A stretch of DNA of 64,000 bases from Lama guanicoe (Eukaryota): positions 913,146-977,145 of the forward strand of contig MU054400.1 in NCBI GenBank assembly GCA_013239625.1, given 5' to 3'. Position 1 is the stretch's first letter, and every line of letters starts with the position of its first letter. Positions 1-10,971 of the stretch are shown in pieces. A program made the position numbers and the translations under genes. The notes beneath the pieces are model-generated. The model made no database searches, had not been told where the DNA came from, and was given only the letters and a program-made list of their open reading frames with translations.

Positions 1-119
1 GCCAAGCCATCGAGAGTATTTGAAATGTGTGTACTCCACAAACTGAACCTTACCTGCACATGACTCAGCTCCAAGCTGGCTGAGCAGGGTGGCGGGTAAG
101 GGGCCTAGAGAACACTTAC

Positions 120-189
120 TGTGTGTGCCGTGCTGGAGGAGAGGGCTGCGTGTGCAGACGGGAGGCTGCTCTGATGGCTGGAGAGGGAG
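120..189 (-). CDS. UBAP2: UBAP2 exon 19, SSLSSHQSSLPSAHAALSSSTAHT; gene continues past the window start
   Basis: ttctag| and |gtaagt; 70 nt, phase 2-0. Confidence 0.93.
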
Positions 190-1012
190 CTAGAAGACAA
201 AACAGAGCACCATGTGTCCACCCCACCAAGTCACTCCATGCAGGGGGGCCCGGCTTCAGGCTTCACACCCTTCGTTCCCTATCACCTTGGAACCCAGTCC
301 AGGTGTTCTGGTGGTTAGAAATTATCTAAGGGGTCACTCGCCATGAGGACCTGGGACATCTGGCCTGGGAAACCTACAGAGCCAGATTCAGGCTACTCTA
401 GCCATGTGCTCTTGAGACTGTAAACAAGTACAGGATCACACTCCTAGCCTTGGAGACCCCCTTAAATCTGTGTGTGAGGCTTCTGAATAAAGTTCCTATG
501 TGCAACCCCACATGCCAGAGTCAGACCTTGAATTCCCATCAAATCCAAAATTCAAACCATGTGGAGAGCTCTTAAGGACCAGCCATATCCCATTCTCCTG
601 CGCCCTGTTCTGATAACTTGATCTCTGAAACCCTGACAAGTACAAGCCAGAGACCTGTCATCATTCTCAGTCCACGTCACAGGGACAAGGCCCAGACGTG
701 GGGGGGAAACTAGGCTCGGGGCTCCCTCCTGAGCCTTCCTCCTTGAAGAACAGCAGAGGGCCCTTGGCCCCACCCATTCCCCAGGGGATCCAGTGCTCCA
801 TCACAGCAGAGACATTTCAGGCCCGCAAAGCTGTCACTCCAGGTGCTTCAGAGACCCCGCCTGGCCAAAAGTGACACTGGAGCATTACTGCAAAAGACCA
901 GGAGGTCGTGCTGGGGGTGACAGTGGTTTTGTTGGTGGGAACACCCTTCTGTAAGGGCTCCAGGACTTCGCCCTGGTGAGCCTCCAACTCCAGGCCCCCA
1001 TTTTCCCCATAC

Positions 1013-1196
1013 CTGCTTAGCTGAGAGAGGGGGCTGCTGGACAGGTCACCAGGCTGGGACAAGGAAGGCAGAGTGGCAGTGTGCTGGGACACAGGGGGCA
1101 GAAGTGGAGTGCAGGAGGTGGTGCTGGGCAGGGAGCCCACAGACGGGAGGGCAGAGGGCGGGTCTGCTGTCTTTGGAGCTGGAACGGATGAAGTAG
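1013..1196 (-). CDS. UBAP2: UBAP2 exon 18, T(TSSVPA)PKTADPPSALPSVGSLP...GDLSSSPLSQLS; two in-frame acceptors, with exon starts at 1196 and 1178
   Basis: ttttttacag| and gttccag| lie 18 nt apart; donor |gtatgg at 1012; phase 1-2. Confidence 0.93.
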
Positions 1197-1600
1197 CTGT
1201 AAAAAACACATCTGTTTAGCTCCAGAACCAACCTTGAGTATCTAAAATACGCTGACTGTTCTGTGACATGTCAGGCTTCACTGAGACAGATACAAAGTTA
1301 CATTCCCCAGGGAAAATGCCCAAGCATGCCACCAAGATGGTCCCTTCTCTGTCTGATGTGACTATGGCAAGGACGGTCAGAACACAGAACTCCAGCCAAG
1401 AGTGGGAAATGACCTCTTTCCCAGAGAAAGAGGCTCTAGGATTGAGAAATATGGTTACAACGTGCAGCACAACAGGGGAGAGTGACTCTCTGGTGGGTGA
1501 ACCACTTGGGGGTTAGTTCTTTGCTATCAAAAGAGTATCAAATCAGGCTGACCTTGTGAAAGCTCAAAGTCAATCTAAGGCAGGAGGGGGCAGGCACAGA

Positions 1601-1674
1601 AAAGACTCAGTTTCAGTGCCATCCACACACACACAATTCAGATATGTGCTTGGAACCACAGCATCACTGTCTTT
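1601..1674 (-). ncRNA. SNORD121B: Box C/D snoRNA SNORD121B in UBAP2 intron 17
   Basis: Minus strand aaagac-a-GTGATG-ctgtggttCCAAGCACATAT-CTGA...CTGA-gtcttt, with a 6-bp terminal stem and the same D' guide as the intron-12 copy. A/B naming is by position relative to human. Confidence 0.9.
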
Positions 1675-3009
1675 CCCAGTCAGGGGGGAGAAGCGCCTTT
1701 CCTGCAGGAAGCCCTGGGAGCCCAGGGGACACACGCTGCCTCTAAAAGGGAGGACGACTGGAAGGCAAACACAGGCAGCAAGAGGGCAACACTCGGTTTG
1801 GTCAGCTCAGAGCGAGCGCCTTCCTGACAGTCCTTCCCAGGTGACACCTGCTCCTCCAGAAACCAGACAGGCAAACAGGTGTCCTGGCCTCAAACTCAGA
1901 CCCCAACACTCAGCTCCCTGGGTGTGGATCACACTGGTAACAGGTTCATGGAAAGCCTCTCAAAAAACCTGTGGGGGGCGGGGGCGGGGGCGGGTATGGC
2001 CGGAGAAGAGAGCACAGGAGAGAAAACCCATCTGAATCGCACACTGCGTCTTACGGACATTTCGCATCTCAGCATCTTACTTAAAATCTCTGAATAACCT
2101 AGCACACCTCTGTGTGTTCTCAGCCCCACGCCTGGACAAAAGAACCTCCCTCTCAACCACGGCCTGTGAACTCCAACCTCCTGTGACAGCCAACGTTCTC
2201 AGAGCTATCAATGTATCTCCAAACAGTTCTGGTGGCCAAACAACACCAAATCCAACCCCGGGCAAGTCACATGCACCACTTCGATTCCAGCCGAGGCCCA
2301 CTCCTGGTCTGGCAAATTCCACACCCATACTCCAAAAATTCCGAAATAAAAGGATCTTTCTGATTTCCATACCCTGTACAGATACCCATTTGCCTTACGG
2401 AATGATGGACAAAAATCACCATACACCGTCACAGACAAACTAGCCAAGAACAAAGGAAATGACTAACAGGGATTCGCCAGCGCTGTCTCCAGTGATCACT
2501 GAGCTGTACTAGACTGGGGAGTGGGGATCCCCTTCATTTTCTCCCAAGTATTTACAGTGAGCAACATTTTCCCTCTCTTCCTCACAAGGTCTTTCCTAAA
2601 TTAGCACACCAAGTTTTGCTTTAAAAGTCTTTCACATTATTGGAGTGAGAGCCCTTTGACCATCTTGGAACAGGGGCCTCTGAGCAAAAGCTTAATTAGT
2701 ACCACACTCCACACCGGGGGTGCAGTCTGACTTGGGGAGAATAACACAAGACAATTACCTCCTTTTCACTGTGGCTATGACATTTCTAATAACACCATCA
2801 GCTACAAGTCGGTCACATGGGAATCTCTACTTGAAACTCTAAACCCAAAGAAATGATGCCAACGATGGATCAGAGATAGCTATCAGAGAAACCGTGAAAG
2901 GACTGTTTCTGCAGAATCAGCCACTGGCCAACTGTTTTCCCCATCACATCAGCTGTGCTCTTTTTCTCTTTGGTTTCCACCAGCCACAACAGTTAGCTTA
3001 TATACTTAC

Positions 3010-3046
3010 TGTCTATTGTCTGCTGACTTCGACTACCATGTCCATT
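3010..3046 (-). CDS. UBAP2: UBAP2 exon 17 (37 nt), NGHGSRSQQTID
   Basis: cttacag| and |gtaagt; phase 0-1; resembles the human NGHGGGRSQQTLD segment. Confidence 0.93.
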
Positions 3047-5792
3047 CTGTAAGAAAGATGAAAAGAAAATGAGCAAACCCACAGAAATCAAATGACAACC
3101 TAGACGACTTTCCTTTAGGATTCAGCCACAAACACATGAAGTACAGATTAATCAAAGAACTGTGGCTTGTTTTATTTTGTTTCTTAATAAAAGGAGAGGC
3201 AATACAACAAATTCTTAATAAATCCCAAAGAGCTGACATCTCTGAAAACCAAACTGGGTATTCAAGGAACTAGTACAGATACAATGTAAGACTCAAATCG
3301 CAGGAAGCAATGAAACAGTCCCCAAAATTAAGCCGCAGGAAGAATCTGGGACCCTCTTTCTATTCAAATCACAAGCCTTTCTATGTCATGCGACTCCTTT
3401 CTCCCGAAACCACTCACACAAGAAAGAAAATATTTCCAAATTATAACAAAGATAACTGTCGTACAAGGAAAGTATCATATTTCATATTATTAATAAATTG
3501 TTTCTCAGAGAAAAAGATGATACTTTGAAACATGTTTTTTTCTGAACTGGGCGGGGAAACAGTATGTTAGGACAGGGTGGTAGTCCCGAAAAGAACAGAA
3601 TCTGCACAGAACTGGCTTAACTGCAGAGCATCTCACTGGCACCTACACACAGGAGGAGGCATCCCCACAAGACCAGCTTCCCTTCCGCAGACTCATGGGG
3701 GAGGCCCTACCCGGAGAGGTCGGCTGCGGGGCCTGCAGGGCTTGGACACCAGCCCTGGACGGGGGAAGGAAGCTAAGGAGACGACCTTCCTACAAATGGC
3801 AAAACTACTAAAGAAAAAGACAGACCTTAAAGCTGTTGCCTCTGCCTTAACCTAGGTCCCATACAATTTCTGCTCATAAAATTTTACTTACATTTTTTTT
3901 CTTAAAACAATGTGAGATTATTTATAAGAAATGTAGGCAATAAAACAGAGCTGCCAGAGGAAAAATGTGAAACAAAACATGGGTTAAAATAAAAGACTTA
4001 AGTCAGGAGAACAGAAACACCAATATATGAAGACAGACGGAGAGCTACTGAAGTTCCACTCTGCCTCCCTCAGTGAGGTTCACTCCTCAGTAAGTACGTG
4101 CACATGACAGCAAGCACGTGCATCCTCAACAGCACAGTCTCCCCACAACTACACCAGATAAAACGGGTGGAAAAGGGTAACAGGAAATGGCTGCCATCAT
4201 ACCTTAGGATTATATTCCATTCCACCTTGAAAAACATTTTTAAAACACGAACAATGGACAAACTGTCACAACAAAGGAGCCACATTAGTTGGGGTGGGGG
4301 AAATTCTAGGCAGAAACATGGTGGGAACAAACGTAAAGTATCAAATGACCAAGAGATCAGAAATCTGCAGGGGTTTTATTTTGATTAGCTGAGCAAGCAA
4401 TGAGGTCAACAGTGATATGGACAAACGGAACAGGAAGGCGGAGAGGAACGAGAGCCGGTACCGAGATGCCGCGGAGATGGTGGAGGGCTGAGCCTGGGTG
4501 GCACATGGTCTGATTCGTATTTTAGAAACTACAGACCAGCACCGTCCCAGGGAACGCCAGGCTCTGCAGTACCGGGAACAGTCCCCACGTGCGTGGTCCT
4601 ACACCACGGCGACTCCCCACATATAGACACTGAGCGTTCACAGTGTGTGTGTCTGAGAAACTCAGCTTTTAAATAAACCACTACATGTGGCCAGTGGTTA
4701 CCACACTGGAAATCACAAGAATAAGTTTCTTGATAAAGACAGGTCAAGAATACATGACTTTTTAAAAATATGTAAACCCAGAAAGACTAATAAAGGTGCA
4801 GAACGACAGCAACAAAATTTTGTACAGCAAAGTACAGCAGATGCAGGATGGCACCTGACGCAGCTCAGTGGGTGTGGAGCAGGGGACAGGTGTAGGAGAA
4901 GTTTCTAAACCCTGCACAGCAGGGTGAACACCCCCTTCCACCTTCTCCCACAAGCTCTAAATTTCATCAACAGGGTAACACATGGCCTGGGGTACTGCAG
5001 GGATAAAAGGAAAAAAAAGATGGATCACATCAATGCAGGCAAAACGAATATTCTGATGGCAGCCTTCTCTTCCTGCTGGGCTCTTAAGACACTGACAGAC
5101 AGACACAGGCCCTGAAGGGAGGAGACTAGGAGAACCGTCCCTGGGGAATCCAAACAAACTCAATAGAAGAGGCCCACGGGGGTTGACGAAGGAGCCCCCC
5201 CAGCCCCAAAGACGTGGCCGCCCACAGCGCCCCACACCTCAGCCCAGTCACCAACCTACCCCCACAAACACTTAACCTTCTTATGTCAAGTAGGCAGATT
5301 GCAATCACCAGACATTGGAGGAAAACATCTAATACAAAAGATGGAAAAGGAAGGGAGAAAAAACAAAAGAAAATGTACCCCAATTTCTGCTATGCCAACT
5401 TAATTGTTTTTATTATTTTCATGTTCTCATCCACTCTTTAACCCTCACTGGTAATGCTTAAATGTCTGCCTTACAGGAGGTAAAATATCACAGATAAGAC
5501 CGTGTTCCCCTCCTGCCCCATCCAAACCACTCTGAGCAACTCGGGGTGTACCCGACACTATCCTTCCACCACGTGTCTGGGCCCACCCACACACCCCTCT
5601 CGCCTGGCTGCTTGAAACGCAGGTTTCCAGCGAGATGGCCATTACCGGCAAATTTAACAAACTCTACAGATCCTACTCAAAAGGTCAGCCAATTTCTAAA
5701 GGGAAATCTCAGCCAAAAAGCGTAATTTCCCAAACCGCACACTGAGCTCCCAGCAGGATTACCTACGAGGAGAAACCTGAAAGACCACTTGC

Positions 5793-6006
5793 CGGGGCGG
5801 TTCCTGGAGCCGACTGCGACGGGCTCACAGAGCTCCGGTACGCGGGCCTGCTGTGCGCAGAGCTCTGGTCGTAGGAGGGGGACGCTGTTGCCGGGCCGGC
5901 GGGGCTCAGAGACGAGCTGGTCGGGCTGGAGGAGGTGAGGGCTGATGCTGTGCAGGTGGGGCTCTGTGCTGCACTGGTCATTGGGAGAGAGGTATTCAAA
6001 GAATCA
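5793..6006 (-). CDS. UBAP2: UBAP2 exon 16, SDSLNTSLPMTSAAQ...YDQSSAHSRPAYRSSVSPSQSAPGTAP; ends at a non-canonical GC donor
   Basis: ctctgtag| acceptor; CCG|gcaagt at 5792 gives 214 nt and phase 0, matching the phase needed by exon 17. Confidence 0.88.
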
Positions 6007-6389
6007 CTACAGAGAATAAAAGACATCAGACAGATTTGTGTCACTTTTACAGGGTTTCATGAAGTAGAATTACGTCCTCACTTAATTGTCACATTGTAAA
6101 GTAAATAAACAAGTCTGTAACTACAGATTTATACTGCTGCGTTACTTAAATGACATAAATGAAGTTCAAAAAAACTGGCCCTCCTGCTCTTCCCAAATTA
6201 AACCCAACCTAATTTAATTGATAGGCAGGGGACATCTTTAATAATCCTTAAGAATCTTTAAGGAATCCAGACGTCTGAGACCATCCTTAAAAAGAGAACT
6301 CAAGCAAACACCAGGTTTTGGCTCTAGAAGTCAAAACTTTAATAAAACCCAAATCTGGGATTCTCTATTCATAAAATATTCTACTGAAG

Positions 6390-6960
6390 GAAAATAAGTG
6401 TTAGCCAAGATGTATAGAAACTGCATCCCTAATAATTATCGGTAGGAATGTAAAATGCTGCAGCCACTGTGGCAGAGTTTGACAGTTCTTCAAGTGCTTA
6501 AATACGAGAGTTAACATATGACCTAGCAATTTCTAGGTATATATCTAAAAGAAACAAGAGCACACAAAATCTGTAACTGAATGTTCACAGTGGCATGATT
6601 CATAATAGCCAGAAAGTGGAAGCAACCCAAACGTCCATCAGCTAATGAATGGATAAACAAATGTGGGAGGGGTATCTGTACAATGAAATATTATTAGAAA
6701 TAAAATGCATACACGCTACAACATGAACCAACTTTGAAAACACTATACTTAGTGAAAGAAGGCAGACACAAAAGGCCACATATTGCAATTTTCCAATTAT
6801 ATGAAATGTCCAGAAAAGGCAAATGCAGAGACAGACCACCGGCTTCCGGGAATGGGGGAGGGGAAACTGGGAGTGACTGCTCACAGGCACAGGGCTCTTT
6901 TTAGGGCAACTAAAGAGAAGTTCTGGAACTAGATACTGGTAACGGCTGCACTAACCCATT
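6390..6960 (+). mobile_element. Old LINE-1 (L1M-type) ORF2 end and 3'UTR
   Basis: ggaatgtaaaatg..cagccactgtgg, cataatagccagaaagtggaagcaacccaaacgtccatca, agtgaaagaaggcagacacaaaaggccaca. Confidence 0.85.
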
Positions 6961-7070
6961 TACTGAGGGTGTATTTTCTCCAGCAGGTGATTTCTTAGGC
7001 TCTATTTTGTTTTACTTTGCAAAGGACTTAGTTCACTCAAAACCAGAGACAGAGGTGGGAAGCTACGTAC

Positions 7071-7240
7071 CTTAAAGATTTTGAATACAAGCTAATGGGA
7101 ATCTGGCTACTATTTTCACTGCTTGCAGCTGATCCAAATTCAGAGAGAGATGGTTCTGATCCAAATTCCAAGGCGCCAAACTGAACATTTAATCCTGTGA
7201 CATCTGCTGAACCAGGCATTTCCACTGCAGAAGCTGGGAT
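7071..7240 (-). CDS. UBAP2: UBAP2 exon 15, IPASAVEMPGSADVTGLNVQFGALEFGSEP...LYSKSL (DUF3697, FG motif that binds G3BP in UBAP2L)
   Basis: tttcag| and |gtacgt; 170 nt, phase 0-2; signature AVEMPG..FGALEFGSE. Confidence 0.97.
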
Positions 7241-7816
7241 CTGAAAAAGCAAAACCATTATGTCAGCAACAGAGGTCAGAGATTCCCAGTCCCAAAGACC
7301 TATAACACGGCCGAACAAGCACTGGGTTCCAGGGACGCTGCTGGCAGGCATGAGGAGCACGCAGTGAAAGGCTGAAGGAAGGGGAAAGGAAGAGAATTTT
7401 TTTTTTAAACAGAAAGAGAAAGGAAAAGAGTCAAAAAAAAAAAATTAAAAGAGAATGGTCAGTGCCACCAACTGCGACTCGGTGACAGATGGGTGAAGAG
7501 TGGGCCTGTGATGAAAGCACTTGGTGCTCAATGAACCCTCATCCTCTGTCTGCAGAACACAGAGAAATGCACAAGGCCACCAGATTTTCTGAGCCAGATC
7601 TATAATGTGAATGAGCACTCTGTCGCTTAACACAAACCCATTCCCTCTAATACCAGCCTAGTCACTCAAAAGTGGCCCGATTCCTCATAAGGAAGTAACA
7701 GACTATGTGTCTGAAAACACCACACAACAGTTTCTGAGATTCAATAAATCAGCACACGAACTAAATGTTAAAATACATCCACCTCTGGGCCTGTGACTCT
7801 GCAACCGAAGACCCAC

Positions 7817-8094
7817 CTTAGAAGCTGGAGGTATTCGCCGCTTAGGGAGTTTGATGTGTTTAGGCTGCGGTTGGTGAGCAGACACGGTGATGTTTTCGAC
7901 AGTCATGCTTGGAAGCTGCAAAAGTTTGTTCACAGTGGAGGTACTACTGTCTCTGGGTGTTGACTCTCGGAGTTTCACCTGGGAAGGAAAGGACTCCAAC
8001 CCAGGAGGAGGAACAGTGACTGCCGGCGTCTGGTGCTGCTGCCGCTGGCTCAGCTGGCTAAGAACAGGGGACGGTTCGGGCTGAGATTTGAAGT
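7817..8094 (-). CDS. UBAP2: UBAP2 exon 14, DFKSQPEPSPVLSQLSQR...KHIKLPKRRIPPASK
   Basis: tcacag| and |gtgggt; 278 nt, phase 1-0. Confidence 0.96.
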
Positions 8095-9444
8095 CTGTGA
8101 CATGTGCAGGGAGGGAGGGGAAGAGTAAGGGACACAATCAGTTATTCAGGAGCAGGGGCTCAGTGCCCCTCTCCACCGCCACGGATGGTGAAGGGCTGCA
8201 GTCCCCACTAGCTTCTCCCAATTGTCTTCCAGCTGAAGCGGTGTGTGCATGTCTGTGATGTGCGACAGGTACATGATGAATGGCCAAGGATGCCCGAGAA
8301 TAGGTTTTTAGCTAATTTCTTATACAGAGAGGAGATTCAGTTTATGCTGAAGTATATGGGAGAGGGAATGGGTATTTTGTATTAATTTTTGAAAATTATT
8401 TGCTTTTTTTCAGTAAGTAACATACAAGGTATTACAAAATCCAAAAGATACAAAAATATATATGATAAATATGTGTATCACCCTTCCACCCTGTCCCCAC
8501 ATTTGCTCCACAGAAGCACTGTACCCAGTTTCTGGAGTATCTTCAGATACTGTTTCAATGTATATACAGAGACAGACAGACATACACACTATATGTATCT
8601 TGCTTCCTCACAAACCATTTAGTTTTCAGAAACTGTTCCACATTAATGTATGAAGAGCTACTTTCTTTTGATGTTGTTATAAAGTAATCCATTGTACACA
8701 GGCATTGATTTTTAAAACTAGCACTATACTAATAAACTTCTAGGTTTTCAATCTCTTCCTATGAAAAACAACACTACAATGAATATATTTTTACGTATAA
8801 GACATCTTGCTCAAGTCTAAGTACACCTGCACGATCAACTATTAGAACAGAGTTGCTGGTCCAAAGAGTAACTATATCTTAAATTTTGACAAACACTTCA
8901 AAATTCCTATCCATAGATAGAACGCACACTTTGTAACACACTGTAATACCATACTTTTATCCTTCCTAATTTGACTGGTGGAAAATGGCATAAAAGACAC
9001 AAACTAAAATGACGTTAAGTCTGCCTAAAAATCACCGCACACACTTGAGTATTCTATGCCCATGAACTCTGTCCACACCCTCTTTTGTTCCTTTTTTTCA
9101 CATCACTGTTGATCTTGATTTTAAGCTACTCTTTTTATATTAAGGAAGTCACCCTTTGCCTATGATATGATTTTTCAAATATTTTTCATAGCCTGTCTCT
9201 CTTTTGATTTGGTTATGGTGTTTCCTGTCATATCTATAAAGGTCCACCTCACACCGAGTGCATCAAAACCTCCCTGTGTTTTCTGCTATTATTGTTCTAG
9301 ATTTATGTTTGAATATTTCACTCATTTGGCACTTTGGTAGAGTGGGAGTTAGGGATCCAACTTCATTTTCTAGCCAGATATCCGATAGCAATAAACCATC
9401 TTTTTCACCACTGATTTGAAATGCTACCTTCTATAGTACAGGCT

Positions 9445-9640
9445 AGACGTTGGCAATCTTTTTCTGCAAAAGACCAGACAGTAAATATTTTAGGCTTTGA
9501 AGGCCATCGGTTAGCAACTACTCAACTCTGCCTTTGTAGACTGAAAGTAGTTGCAGACAATACATAAATGAATGTTGTGGCTGTGTTCCAAAAAATTACT
9601 TACATAAACACGTAAAATCCAGTTGGTTTGCCAACTCATG
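9445..9640 (+). mobile_element. MER58A-like hAT-Charlie DNA transposon remnant
   Basis: ttggcaa..ttttctg.aaa..ccagacagtaaatattttaggcttt..caactactcaactctgcc..ggctgtgttccaa. Confidence 0.75.
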
Positions 9641-9799
9641 ACTTAGTCTATTTCCATCACAGATGAATCTATTTTTGGTTTGATATTAGAGGCATGTACA
9701 AAAGAAGACACGCTTTATAAAGAATATGGGACTAGCATGCTCAAATCTAAACACTTGTATCACTCATTACTAAGTGTGCAGAAAAAAGTTTAATATACA

Positions 9800-10110
9800 T
9801 AGGTGGCCTACAGCTGCCATCACAAATGGCAGCTTGCAAGACAGGCTCTTGGCTGCTGTCAGGGAACAAGGAATTTTGGTAGCAAAGGATGCCAGCACTC
9901 TAATTGAAAAAGTGACTTTCTGTGCCTCGAATGTTTATACAATTTGGTTTATGCTGAACACTTGCTTTCCTTCTGCAAATCTAAAGTTTTGGTATGTGCT
10001 AGGTAGCAGGTGCCTATGTAACCAGCCCCCAAGTAAAAACCTTGAGCATTGGTTCCATCATGAATTTCCTTGGTAGGCATGACTTCAAACCTGGGAGTGG
10101 TCTCAGGTAC
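9800..10110 (+). mobile_element. MER21-like LTR fragment
   Basis: tggtttatgctgaacacttgctttccttctg..ttttggtatgtgctagg..tgcctatgtaaccagcccccaagtaaaaacc. Confidence 0.7.
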
Positions 10111-10757
10111 TTGGCTAACAGTAAGCCATTACCTTCAGCAGAGGAACATGCTTCCATGTTTCTCAATATGCCCTAAATGTAAACCAGATAGCCAATCCTG
10201 TGGTTAAAGCAACACTCTGCTATTGCGGAATGTGTGTGTTGATGGGAAATGGTGGTTTAATGTCACAAAGTCTATGGGATACAGCTTAAAAAACATTCCA
10301 CTCACACACGGTGCCCTTAAATTACAAACCACAGACTCCTGTGGCTGGACCAAATATGGTAGATACATGCATGTGTTAGAATCAGAAAGCAACCTAGATG
10401 ATGTGATGTACAGTACTGCCCACATTTCACCTGCCGTCACCACCTTATTCTAATAAAGCTCAACAAAATCTGTCACTTACTAAGCACTTACTCAAAATGT
10501 TGTTTCCTCATATTTGCATGACTTTACCATGCTTCTGCACATCTCTCTTCAAAGTATATTCCTCTAATATTAACGAATGAATGCAGGTGTTTATATAATA
10601 CCAAGCTGACTGATTGAATTCAGAAACTCTGCAGAAGTCCTACTAAACAGATACATGTCTGGGCAAATTCCAGGTTAGTGTTCACAAATCCACAAGTTCT
10701 GCTAACACTCAGCATGTCCTCAATGGGGGCAAACCACCACAGGAAATACACACTTAC

Positions 10758-10971
10758 CAAAATGACTAAGGACTGAGGACTGGGATGCCGAGGGCTTGAG
10801 GTCCCAAGAAGAAGTGGTTGTGGGGGGACTCGTACTATTCTGCTGTGAGCTTGGGGTGGTGGTGAACTGGCCCAAACTCGGCGCTTTCAGCTGGTCCAAA
10901 ATCTGGGAGCTGGTGATGTTTGCCATTTTTGAAGGTGCAAGCTCTCCAAATCCTGAACCAAGGACGGACGA
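10758..10971 (-). CDS. UBAP2: UBAP2 exon 13, SSVLGSGFGELAPSKMANITSSQILDQLKAPSLGQF...SSVLSHF
   Basis: tttaaag| and |gtaagt; 214 nt, phase 0-1. Confidence 0.96.

Noticed and set aside
1556..2453. Cluster of 70-159 aa ORFs on both strands
   Set aside because: No recognisable protein similarity; they lie in a GC-richer intron where stop codons are rarer, and one overlaps SNORD121B antisense.
7503..7595. Plus-strand GTGATGA...CTGA pair resembling a third C/D snoRNA
   Set aside because: Antisense to the host gene, only a 3-bp terminal stem, and no rRNA guide I could recognise; likely chance.
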